64,000 nucleotides of DNA from Planktothrix tepida (lineage in GTDB: Bacteria > Cyanobacteriota > Cyanobacteriia > Cyanobacteriales > Microcoleaceae), in NCBI RefSeq assembly GCF_904830955.1, contig NZ_LR882970.1, one strand, 5' to 3'. Both the position numbers and the translations under genes were made by a program. Shown here piece by piece: positions 49,166-58,171 of this stretch; within the stretch, counting starts at the first letter, position 1, and each line of letters opens with the position of its first letter. The notes under the pieces are model-generated. The model was given only the letters and a program-made list of their open reading frames with translations. It made no database searches and was not told the DNA's origin.

Positions 49166-52100
49166 TTAATTAAGGGTAAAAGAATTAGCGGTAATTGAGT
49201 TAGCAGGAACACCGATTAAAGTGGCTAAAAGTTCATTATTGGCTGCGACTTGAATCAAGGTATTTCCGGCTTGAGTTCCACTCCCTTGAAGGATGGTAAG
49301 CTGATTAAAATTATAATTTTGCGTCAATTTTAACAGATCCTTACCTCCAACAAAATCTAGGATAAAATCACCATTTTCACCCGGATTTAACATAAAGATA
49401 TCGGCTCCTTGACCCCCGATGAGGGAATCTGTTCCGACTCCACCATTAAGGGTATCATTGCCTAAATCTCCTGTGACTAAATCATCGCCGTTACTTCCAT
49501 CTACAAAATCGTCGCCTTGACCGCCATGAATCAGATCGTTATCGTCGCCACCGTAAAGGTTATCGTTCCCTGTACCTCCTGACAACAGATCTTCTCCAGT
49601 ATGACCAACTAACAGGTCGTTTCCAACTTCTCCTAATACCGTATCATTGCCTAAATCGCCACTGAGGGTATCGTTTCCTAAACCTCCGAAAATCAGGTCA
49701 TTGTCTTTACCGCCTCCCACCCAGTCTTCATCGGCTCCACCATAAATTAGGTCGTTTCCAAGGAAACCATAAATCACATCTTGACCTAGGTTTCCTGAGA
49801 GGAAATCAACTTCACCATAACCGAGTAGGGTATCTTGACCGACACCGCCACTGAGGGAGTTGGGACGCTCATCTCCTAAGAGCAGGTCATCGGGGGGGTT
49901 ACTGGTGGGAATGGAGGTTAGATTTTTCCGAGCGATAAATTGTTCGATGGGGTCGCTCAGGGATGAGGGATTTGTTGTTTTTGGGGTGGGAGTTGAGGGA
50001 GTTGGAGTTGTAGGATTAACGGAATTGATGAGATTAACAACCTCCTGATTAGAATTGGGGGTAATATTACTGTTATTATTGAGATTGTCTTCGGGGTTAT
50101 CTGTAGGAGGTGTGTTAGGATCTGTTGGGGGTTGGTCAATAACAGAAGTATCGATGGTGGTGGTAGCAATTTGAGTGGTTAACGCTTCTCCAGTATTCTC
50201 AGCCACTACTTCGTCAAAGGATTTTGTACCACTGAAGGCGGCACTTAAATCTTCCGTGACGCTGGTTTGGGCGACTTTTTGGGCTTGGAAGATGCCATCA
50301 GTGGTGGTGGAGGTCAGGATTTGCTGGTTGCTGTCAGCGATAACTTGGGATAATTGAGCCGCATTGTTGGTAATCACCTCTAGGTTAATAGTGTTGCCTG
50401 GGTCTATCTCTGCTAACATATTGGTTATATTGCCAACTGTGTTAGTAATCAGAGTTTGAATCGCTGTGCTATCACTGAGATTAACACTACTACTTTGCAG
50501 GAGTTCGGCTAGATTCCCAGTCACCTGAGCATCTAAGCTATTGCTGCTGATGCCAGCAACGGTTTGCAGGGAGTTACTGATTTGACTAATCAGGGTTTGC
50601 ACTGCCACTTGTGCCGCTAACACCGCTAAACCTTCAGGAGAACCCGCTTGGGCGGCTGCGATGGCATCAAAGGTGGCTAAATTAATGGTGCTGGGGAGTC
50701 CCAAAGCAGTTTTGACTTGGGTTTCGGATGCGTCTGGGGTGAGTCCTGTATCGACGAGGGTAGAAATTAGGGTGGTTAGAGGGGTAACTACCGTAGAATC
50801 GGGAACTGCCCGCAGTGTGCCTGTAAAGGCTTGTCCGGTAATGGCATCGGTGCCACCGACGACCACATATTCCCCTTCATCGAAGTCGAGAGTGCCATTG
50901 CTGTTGAGGTCGAAGTTACCCGCAATCTCCAGGGTGAAATTACCCGCAGCATCTGTGGTTGCACCAGGTTCATCGCTATCTTGGGTGCGGTTGAAGTTGG
51001 TGTCTAGGAAGGCTGTGGCTCCAGAGATGGGGCCATCTAAAGCTTTGGCTTTGATAGTTTTGGAGATAGCTGCGGGGCTGGCGACTTTAATATCGCTACT
51101 GAACACAGCATGAGTGTTAAGGTTAGCTCCTTGAAAGTCTTGAGTTTTGGTGGCTGCATTGGCGGCTAAGTTGTCTGTAAAGGTGGTATCACTGCTAATG
51201 GTGACGGTTGGGGGTGAGGTGGGTAAACCTTGCTTATTAATCTCCTTCTGAGCATCTATCGTTGCTTGGGTGAGGGCAAAAATCGCACCCCCCAGCCCTT
51301 TTCCATCATCGGTGGTGATAAGATTTTCAGTTCCGGTTCCTCCAATGGCTCTGGAATTTGAGAAACTGGAGCCTGTGATGGTGAGGTTGCCTTCCCGGAC
51401 AAAAATCGCTCCTCCCATCCCTGCACCGCCGCTGCCGAAGCCGAGGCCGCCACCGCCGCCGAAGCCGCCGATGCTGCCGCTGCGGCCGAGGCCGCCGCCG
51501 CCGCCGAAGCCGCTCATGCCGCCGAAGCCGCCGCCGCCGCCGAAACCGCCGAAACCGCCGAAACCGCCCCAGCCGCCGCCGCCCCAGCCGCCGCCGCCGC
51601 CCCAGCTGCCCCAGCCGCCGAAACCGCCAAAACCGCCCCAGCCCCCGTTGCCGCCGAAGCCGCCGCCGCCGCCATTGTTAGCTGCTATCTTCTGCAACCC
51701 AATACCACCACCAAACTGCTTATTGCCCCCTTCGCCATTACCACCAATAGCTTGATTCCCCTCAAACTTCACTCCATCAACCTTCACATCCCCTTGATAA
51801 ATAAACAGTGCCCCTCCCATCCCCGCACCACCACCGGAGTCATAACCATCGCCTCCCTTAGCAACTGCGTTTTTCAGCGTCAGGTTCTTAAAACTCACAT
51901 TCCCTGATTTGACAAAGAAAATCGGACGGTCATCTTGAGCCGCTTTACCATTATTATTGTTATCCCCATTGATGGTATGTCCTTGCCCATCAACAGTCAT
52001 ATCGCTATCAACCAAACTCCACATCCGAATCACATCGTCGCCAAAATTCAGACGCACATCGGTATTGAGTTTGATGGTATCGGCTCCGGGCTTCTCGTTA

Positions 52101-55100
52101 GCCGTTTTAATTGCCCAACTCAGAGTTCCTTCGGTATCTCCCTTACCGTTATCTAAATCTTTAGTAACAGAAATGGGCGTGTTCCCTGTACTTACCGCAC
52201 TGGTAGCGCCACTATTCACCGTTTCCGAGGTTCCCCCGCCATCGGTATAACTCACCTGCACCCGCACGGGCTTGCCAACTTGAGTCGCACCCAAGGCAAA
52301 TGTAGTATTGGTTGCCCCACTAATATTTGTCCAAGTCGCGCCATTATCGGCTGACTCTTGCCATTGATAATTAAAAGTTCCTAAACCATCCGCATCCGCT
52401 AAGGTATTTGTTGCCGTTAAAATTTGGTTTTGTGTTGCTGTTCCTGTAATACTAATATTCCCTGTCGGTAAGTCATTAACGTTAGTAACGGTAGTTGTGG
52501 GTGTACTATTAACAGTTTCTGCTGTTCCTAGTCCATCAGTATAACTAACTTTAACCTGTACCTTTTTCCCAACTTGTGTCTGAGATAAGGTGAACTCATT
52601 ATTAGTCGCTCCACTAATATTAGTCCAAGTCACTCCATTATCTGCTGACTCTTGCCATTGATAATTTAATGTTCCTAAACCATCAACATCCGCTAAGGTA
52701 TTGGTTGCCGTTAAAATTTGGTTTTGGGTTGCTGTCCCTGTAATATTAACTGTTCCTGTGGGTAAGTCATTAACGTTAGTAACCACAGAAGTCGGACTAC
52801 TATTAACCGTTTCTTGTGTTCCTTGTCCATCAGTATAACTAACTTTTACCTGTATATTTTTCCCCACTTGCGCTTGAGATAAGGTAAAAGTATTATTAGT
52901 TGCTTCACTAATATCAGTCCAGGTGACTCCATTATCTGATGACTCTTGCCATTGATAATTAAACATTCCCAAACCATCAAAATCTGCTAAAGTATTGGTT
53001 GCAGTTAAAATTTGGTTTTGTTTGGGTGTTCCTGTAATACTAACATTACCTGTAGGAACATTATTCAAAAGCGCATAAACCAGAGAAGTCGGACTACTAT
53101 TAACGGTTTCTTGTGTTCCTAGTTCATCGGTATAACTAACTTTTACCTGTATATTTTTCCCCACTTGGGTTTGAGATAAAGCAAAAGTATCATTAGTCGC
53201 TCCACTAATATCAGTCCAGGTGACTCCATTATCGTCTGACTCTTGCCATTGATAATTTAATGTTCCTAAACCATCCGCATCCGCTAAGGTATTGGTTGCC
53301 GTTAAAATTTGGTTTTGTGTCGCTGTTCCTGTAATACTAACATTACCTGTGGGTAAGTCGTTAACATTAGTAACTACAGCAGTTGGACTACTATTAACCG
53401 TTTCTGCTGTTCCTAATAGGTCTGTATAACTAACTTTTACCTGCACCTTTTTCCCAACTTGTGTTTGAGATAAGGCAAAAGTATTATTAGTCGCGTCACT
53501 AATATTAGTCCAGGTGACTCCATTATCGGCTGACTCTTGCCATTGATAATTAAAAGTTCCTAAACCATCAACATCTGCTAAGGTATTGGTTGCCGTTAAA
53601 ATTTGGTTTTGTGTCGCTGTACCCGCAATATTAACTGTTCCTGTAGGAGCATTATTCAAAAGTCCAGAAACCACAGAAGTCGGACTACTATTAACCGTTT
53701 CTGCTGTTCCTAATAAGTCAGTATAACTAACTTTGACTTGTACCTTTTTCCCAACTTGCGTTTGAGATAAGGTAAAAGTATTATTAGTCGCTCCACTAAT
53801 ATTAGTCCAGGTGACTCCATTATCAGATGACTGTTGCCATTGATAATTAAACGTTCCTAAACCATCAACATCTGCTAAGGTATTTGTGGCGGTTAAAATT
53901 TGGTTTTGTGTTGCTGTTCCTGTAATATTAACTGTTCCTGTAGGAGCGTCGTTAACATTAGTAACAACAGAAGTCGGACTACTATTAACCGTTTCTGCTG
54001 TTCCTAATAGGTCAGTATAACTAACTTTTACTTGTACCTTTTTCCCCACTTGTGTTTGAGATAAGGCGAACGTATTATTAGTTGCTCCACTAATATCAGT
54101 CCAAGTGACTCCATTATCAGATGACTGTTGCCATTGATAATTAAACGTTCCTAAACCATCAACATCTGCTAAGGTATTGGTTGCTGTTAAAATTTGGTTT
54201 TGTGTCGCTGTTCCTGTAATATTAACTGTTCCTGTAGGAGCATTATTCAAAAGTCCAGAAACCACAGAAGTCGGACTACTATTAACCGTTTCTGCTGTTC
54301 CTAATAAGTCAGTATAACTAACTTTGACTTGTACCTTTTTCCCAACTTGCGTTTGAGATAAGGTAAAAGTATTATTAGTCGCTCCACTAATATTAGTCCA
54401 GGTGACTCCATTATCAGATGACTCTTGCCATTGATAATTAAACGTTCCTAAACCATCAACATCTGCTAAGGTATTTGTGGCGGTTAAAATTTGGTTTTGT
54501 GTTGCTGTTCCTGTAATATTAACTGTTCCTGTAGGAGCGTCGTTAATATTAGTAACCACAGAAGTTGGACTACTATTAACCGTTTCTGCTGTCCCTAATA
54601 GGTCAGTATAACTAACTTTTACCTGTACCTTTTTCCCCACTTGGGTTTGAGATAAGGTCAAAGTATTATTAGTCGCTCCACTAATATTAGTCCAGGTGAC
54701 TCCATTATCAGATGACTGTTGCCATTGATAATTAAAAGTACCTAAACCATCTGCATCTGCTAAGGTATTTGTGGCGGTTAAGGTTTGATTTTGGGTCGCT
54801 GTTCCTGTAATATTAACTGTTCCTGTAGGAGCGTCGTTAATATTAGTAACCACAGAAGTCGGACTACTATTAACTATTTCTGCTGTCCCTAATAGGTCAG
54901 TATAACTAACTTTGACCTGTACCTTTTTCCCCACTTGTGTTTGAGATAAGGTGAACGTATTATTAGTCGCTCCACTAATATTAGTCCAGGTGACTCCATT
55001 ATCGGCTGACTCTTGCCATTGATAATTAAACGTTCCTAAACCATCAACATCTGCTAAGGTATTGGTTGCCGTTAAAATTTGGTTTTGTGTCGCTGTTCCT

Positions 55101-57907
55101 GTAATATTAACTGTTCCTGTAGGAGCGTCGTTAACATTAGTAACCACAGAAGTTGGACTACTATTAACCGTTTCTGCTGTTCCTAATAGGTCTGTATAAC
55201 TAACTTTTACCTGCACCTTTTTCCCAACTTGTGTTTGAGATAAGGCAAAAGTATTATTAGTCGCGCCACTAATATTAGTCCAGGTGACTCCATTATCGGC
55301 TGACTCTTGCCATTGATAATTAAACGTTCCTAAACCATCTGCATCTGCTAAGGTATTGGTTGCCGTTAAGGTTTGATTTTGTTTTGCTGTACCCGCAATA
55401 TTAACTGTTCCTGTAGGAGCATTATTCAAAAGTCCAGAAACCACAGAAGTCGAACTACTATTAACCGTTTCTGCTGTTCCTAATAGGTCTGTATAACTAA
55501 CTTTTACCTGTACCTTTTTCCCAACTTGTGCTTGAGATAAGGTGAAAGTATTATTAGTCGCTCCACTAATATTAGTCCAGGTGACTCCATTATCTGAGGA
55601 CTCTTGCCATTGATAATTAAACGTTCCTAAACCATCAACATCCGCTAAAGTATTGGTGGCGGTTAAAATTTGGTTTTGTGTTGCTGTTCCTGTAATACTA
55701 ACATTACCTGTCGGTAAGTCGTTAACATTAGTAACTACAGCAGTTGGACTACTATTAACTGTTTCTGCTGTTCCTAATAAGTCAGTATAACTAACTTTTA
55801 CTTGTACCTTTTTCCCAACTTGTGCTTGAGATAAGGTGAAAGTATTATTAGTCGCTCCACTAATATTAGTCCAGGTGACTCCATTATCTGCTGACTGTTG
55901 CCATTGATAATTTAATGTTCCTAAACCATCAACATCTGCTAAGGTATTTGTGGCGGTTAAAATTTGGTTTTGTGTTGCTGTTCCTGTAATACTAACTGTT
56001 CCTGTAGGAGCGTCGTTAATATTAGTAACTACAGCAGTTGGACTACTATTAACTGTTTCTGCTGTTCCTAATAGGTCTGTATAACTAACTTTTACTTGTA
56101 CCTTTTTCCCTACTTGTGTTTGAGATAAGGCGAACGTATTATTAGTTGCTCCACTAATATTAGTCCAGGTGACTCCATTATCTGCTGACTGTTGCCATTG
56201 ATAATTTAATGTTCCTAAACCATCTGCATCTGCTAAGGTATTTGTGGCGGTTAAGGTTTGATTTTGGGTCGCTGTTCCTGTAATATTAACTGTTCCTGTA
56301 GGAGTATCGTTAATATTAGTAATACTTAAATTAGAGGTAGCTGTGGCGGTACTAAAAGCTGTTATTCCTCCATTGGTGCTGACATTCACACCCGTTTGTC
56401 CATTGCTGCCACTGGTGCCATCCCATCCTCGATAAGTGAGGCTGACATTGCCGTTAAAGTTGGCATTGGGAACAAATCGAACTAAGGTTGTATTACTTAA
56501 AAGAGTCGCTGAACTGTCTGTTACTGCCCCAAATGCTGTCCAATTGCTGCCGTTATTGTTAGAAAACTGCCAAGTTCCGTTACTTGTATTGCTCAACCCT
56601 GTTACTGCTATGCCACTGGGGTCGCTGTTGGCATCGGTGAAACCACTGCTTAAGACGGTGGAAACTAATGTCCCTGGATTGGTTGTCGGGTCTTCGTTAA
56701 TTGTGGTTAAATTAGATACGTTAGCTGCATTTAGGACGGGGGCGCTGTTGTTGTATTCTCCTGTTGCTCCAAAAAAGTTCAACCAAGTGTTTGTATTTGT
56801 GCCACTGGTTCGGGTTATGGTGATGCTTTGCAGGATTTTCGTTGTATCGGGTGTTAACCCTAAACCAAAGATTTTTCCAGCATTAAAATCCCAGTAACTT
56901 GAGCCGGTTGTATCGTTACTTAAGTCTAGTCCATTAATCAGATAGTAACTAGAAGCTGACTCGGTAATTGAAGTGGCAATATCGGCAATTGTGGCTGTAC
57001 TGGTGCTGGTGCTGCTATCGCTATAGTTAAATTTTATATTTATTGTCCCGCTACCATTTGTCCCGGTGGCAAACAGGTGAATTTTTTGGTAGGGACTAGC
57101 CGTGACGTTAAAGGTAAAGGATGAGTTGTTGGTGGTGAGGATTTTGGCATTGTTGCCGTCATTGCTGTTATTGTAGCCGAGTTGAATGTTGGGATGGTAG
57201 CTGTTGGCTGCAAACAAGCCGTTGTCGGGTAAACCGTTGCCATTGGTTCCTGCTTTAAAGGTGGCAAAAGACTGAGTGACTAGGGCGTATGTCGGTGAAC
57301 CGAAGGGATTTTGGCTGGGGTCTGTGGTGCCGTTATTGTAGTTAATAATGACATCATCGCTGAAGATTGAGCTAACATCGAAGTCTTTGATTGCTAATAC
57401 TCCAGCATAGCTTTTCATTGTTACTGCTGAAAAAGCTAGGGGGGTTTCTATTGACCCGATGGTTTTGTCTAATTTCCAGTCTCCTCCTAGGGTCGCATTG
57501 CCAGTTTTTTGGCTGGATGCTGCTATGTTGGCCCCTATCATTTGATTCAGGTGCTGGATGAATTTTTCTCCTATTTTTCCGGCTGCTACTTCACATCCAT
57601 ACACTAAAATATCGGCGGTTTTTGTTAGGGCTTTTCCCCACTGCTGAAGTGGTTTCCTAAAACCATCTAAATTTTCCCTATTTAGAAGGTCTGAACCGAG
57701 TTGTAAATGACCGGGGCTTCCGTGAGAAACGATATGTAGGGCTTGAATTTTTGATAAGCCTTTGAGTGCTTGTGTGATCTGTTCTACCCCACTTGGGTCT
57801 GGGTCTAAAATCACGATTTCTGCGTTTTTGTTGGCTCCTTCTATTAGGCTTGGGTAGTTGTCGATAGTGGAGTCAATGAAAATAATTTGTTTTTTCATGG
57901 TTTTCAA
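49166..57907 (-). CDS. giant (2913 aa) secreted RTX-type adhesin
   Basis: The N-terminus is MKTMKKQIIFIDSTIDNYPSLIEG... (DUF4347-like). Next come 14 repeats with the ...NYQWQ(E/Q)S(A/S)DNGVTWTNISGATNNTF.LSQ.QVGKKVQVKVSYTD... signature. The Pmp-like beta-helix has GGALF, GGAIFV and GGAIFAL motifs alternating with FKNL, FEGN and FSNS. A GGFGGWGG-type low-complexity insert follows. C-terminal nonapeptide repeats are LGNDTLSGDLGNDTVLGEVGNDLL..., followed by an unstructured secretion signal. Confidence 0.9.
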   Translation of the reverse strand: MKTMKKQIIFIDSTIDNYPSLIEGANKNAEIVILDPDPSGVEQITQALKGLSKIQALHIVSHGSPGHLQLGSDLLNRENLDGFRKPLQQWGKALTKTADILVYGCEVAAGKIGEKFIQHLNQMIGANIAASSQKTGNATLGGDWKLDKTIGSIETPLAFSAVTMKSYAGVLAIKDFDVSSIFSDDVIINYNNGTTDPSQNPFGSPTYALVTQSFATFKAGTNGNGLPDNGLFAANSYHPNIQLGYNNSNDGNNAKILTTNNSSFTFNVTASPYQKIHLFATGTNGSGTINIKFNYSDSSTSTSTATIADIATSITESASSYYLINGLDLSNDTTGSSYWDFNAGKIFGLGLTPDTTKILQSITITRTSGTNTNTWLNFFGATGEYNNSAPVLNAANVSNLTTINEDPTTNPGTLVSTVLSSGFTDANSDPSGIAVTGLSNTSNGTWQFSNNNGSNWTAFGAVTDSSATLLSNTTLVRFVPNANFNGNVSLTYRGWDGTSGSNGQTGVNVSTNGGITAFSTATATSNLSITNINDTPTGTVNITGTATQNQTLTATNTLADADGLGTLNYQWQQSADNGVTWTNISGATNNTFALSQTQVGKKVQVKVSYTDLLGTAETVNSSPTAVVTNINDAPTGTVSITGTATQNQILTATNTLADVDGLGTLNYQWQQSADNGVTWTNISGATNNTFTLSQAQVGKKVQVKVSYTDLLGTAETVNSSPTAVVTNVNDLPTGNVSITGTATQNQILTATNTLADVDGLGTFNYQWQESSDNGVTWTNISGATNNTFTLSQAQVGKKVQVKVSYTDLLGTAETVNSSSTSVVSGLLNNAPTGTVNIAGTAKQNQTLTATNTLADADGLGTFNYQWQESADNGVTWTNISGATNNTFALSQTQVGKKVQVKVSYTDLLGTAETVNSSPTSVVTNVNDAPTGTVNITGTATQNQILTATNTLADVDGLGTFNYQWQESADNGVTWTNISGATNNTFTLSQTQVGKKVQVKVSYTDLLGTAEIVNSSPTSVVTNINDAPTGTVNITGTATQNQTLTATNTLADADGLGTFNYQWQQSSDNGVTWTNISGATNNTLTLSQTQVGKKVQVKVSYTDLLGTAETVNSSPTSVVTNINDAPTGTVNITGTATQNQILTATNTLADVDGLGTFNYQWQESSDNGVTWTNISGATNNTFTLSQTQVGKKVQVKVSYTDLLGTAETVNSSPTSVVSGLLNNAPTGTVNITGTATQNQILTATNTLADVDGLGTFNYQWQQSSDNGVTWTDISGATNNTFALSQTQVGKKVQVKVSYTDLLGTAETVNSSPTSVVTNVNDAPTGTVNITGTATQNQILTATNTLADVDGLGTFNYQWQQSSDNGVTWTNISGATNNTFTLSQTQVGKKVQVKVSYTDLLGTAETVNSSPTSVVSGLLNNAPTGTVNIAGTATQNQILTATNTLADVDGLGTFNYQWQESADNGVTWTNISDATNNTFALSQTQVGKKVQVKVSYTDLLGTAETVNSSPTAVVTNVNDLPTGNVSITGTATQNQILTATNTLADADGLGTLNYQWQESDDNGVTWTDISGATNDTFALSQTQVGKNIQVKVSYTDELGTQETVNSSPTSLVYALLNNVPTGNVSITGTPKQNQILTATNTLADFDGLGMFNYQWQESSDNGVTWTDISEATNNTFTLSQAQVGKNIQVKVSYTDGQGTQETVNSSPTSVVTNVNDLPTGTVNITGTATQNQILTATNTLADVDGLGTLNYQWQESADNGVTWTNISGATNNEFTLSQTQVGKKVQVKVSYTDGLGTAETVNSTPTTTVTNVNDLPTGNISITGTATQNQILTATNTLADADGLGTFNYQWQESADNGATWTNISGATNTTFALGATQVGKPVRVQVSYTDGGGTSETVNSGATSAVSTGNTPISVTKDLDNGKGDTEGTLSWAIKTANEKPGADTIKLNTDVRLNFGDDVIRMWSLVDSDMTVDGQGHTINGDNNNNGKAAQDDRPIFFVKSGNVSFKNLTLKNAVAKGGDGYDSGGGAGMGGALFIYQGDVKVDGVKFEGNQAIGGNGEGGNKQFGGGIGLQKIAANNGGGGGFGGNGGWGGFGGFGGWGSWGGGGGWGGGGWGGFGGFGGFGGGGGFGGMSGFGGGGGLGRSGSIGGFGGGGGLGFGSGGAGMGGAIFVREGNLTITGSSFSNSRAIGGTGTENLITTDDGKGLGGAIFALTQATIDAQKEINKQGLPTSPPTVTISSDTTFTDNLAANAATKTQDFQGANLNTHAVFSSDIKVASPAAISKTIKAKALDGPISGATAFLDTNFNRTQDSDEPGATTDAAGNFTLEIAGNFDLNSNGTLDFDEGEYVVVGGTDAITGQAFTGTLRAVPDSTVVTPLTTLISTLVDTGLTPDASETQVKTALGLPSTINLATFDAIAAAQAGSPEGLAVLAAQVAVQTLISQISNSLQTVAGISSNSLDAQVTGNLAELLQSSSVNLSDSTAIQTLITNTVGNITNMLAEIDPGNTINLEVITNNAAQLSQVIADSNQQILTSTTTDGIFQAQKVAQTSVTEDLSAAFSGTKSFDEVVAENTGEALTTQIATTTIDTSVIDQPPTDPNTPPTDNPEDNLNNNSNITPNSNQEVVNLINSVNPTTPTPSTPTPKTTNPSSLSDPIEQFIARKNLTSIPTSNPPDDLLLGDERPNSLSGGVGQDTLLGYGEVDFLSGNLGQDVIYGFLGNDLIYGGADEDWVGGGKDNDLIFGGLGNDTLSGDLGNDTVLGEVGNDLLVGHTGEDLLSGGTGNDNLYGGDDNDLIHGGQGDDFVDGSNGDDLVTGDLGNDTLNGGVGTDSLIGGQGADIFMLNPGENGDFILDFVGGKDLLKLTQNYNFNQLTILQGSGTQAGNTLIQVAANNELLATLIGVPANSITANSFTLN
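52230..56340. repeat. 14 tandem copies of a 294-bp coding repeat (about 98-aa 'tandem-95'-type Ig/cadherin-like unit)
   Basis: Near-identical units, each ending ...QVGKKVQVKVSYTDLLGTAETVNSSPTSVVTNVNDAPTG. Confidence 0.9.
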
Positions 57908-58128
57908 TTCAGTTGATTAATTAATGGCCAAAGGATTCTAATCAGTAGTTGCCGGGAGATCGCACCCATTTGAAGGGATGAACAGGAAGGACGATCTCTA
58001 TTGACCCGATGTACAATTTTTCCTCGGTTTAAACAGTACAATCGGGGAAATTGCCGTTGGGTATATCTGGAGAACGTCTTAATTTAACGTTAATAACTCT
58101 AGTATACTCGATTTTAGGAATCTTTAAA

Positions 58129-58159
58129 GAAACCCGATTTCTTGAAGAAACCGGGTTTC
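58129..58159 (-). terminator. terminator hairpin downstream of giant gene 2
   Basis: Same gaaacccg...cgggtttc hairpin as at 49123-49153. Confidence 0.6.
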
Positions 58160-58171
58160 GGGATTTCTTCG

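Noticed and set aside
51270-51755. Pro-rich 161-aa ORF (PPPPKPPKPPQPP...) on the plus strand
   Set aside because: It is antisense to the GGN-codon Gly-rich insert of giant gene 1. The same applies to the Ala/Thr-rich ORFs 60439-60885 (minus) and 60668-60946 (plus) in gene 2.
52230-56340. Possible CRISPR array suggested by regular repeats
   Set aside because: The period is 294 bp. The repeats are contiguous without unique spacers and are in-frame coding sequence of the adhesin.
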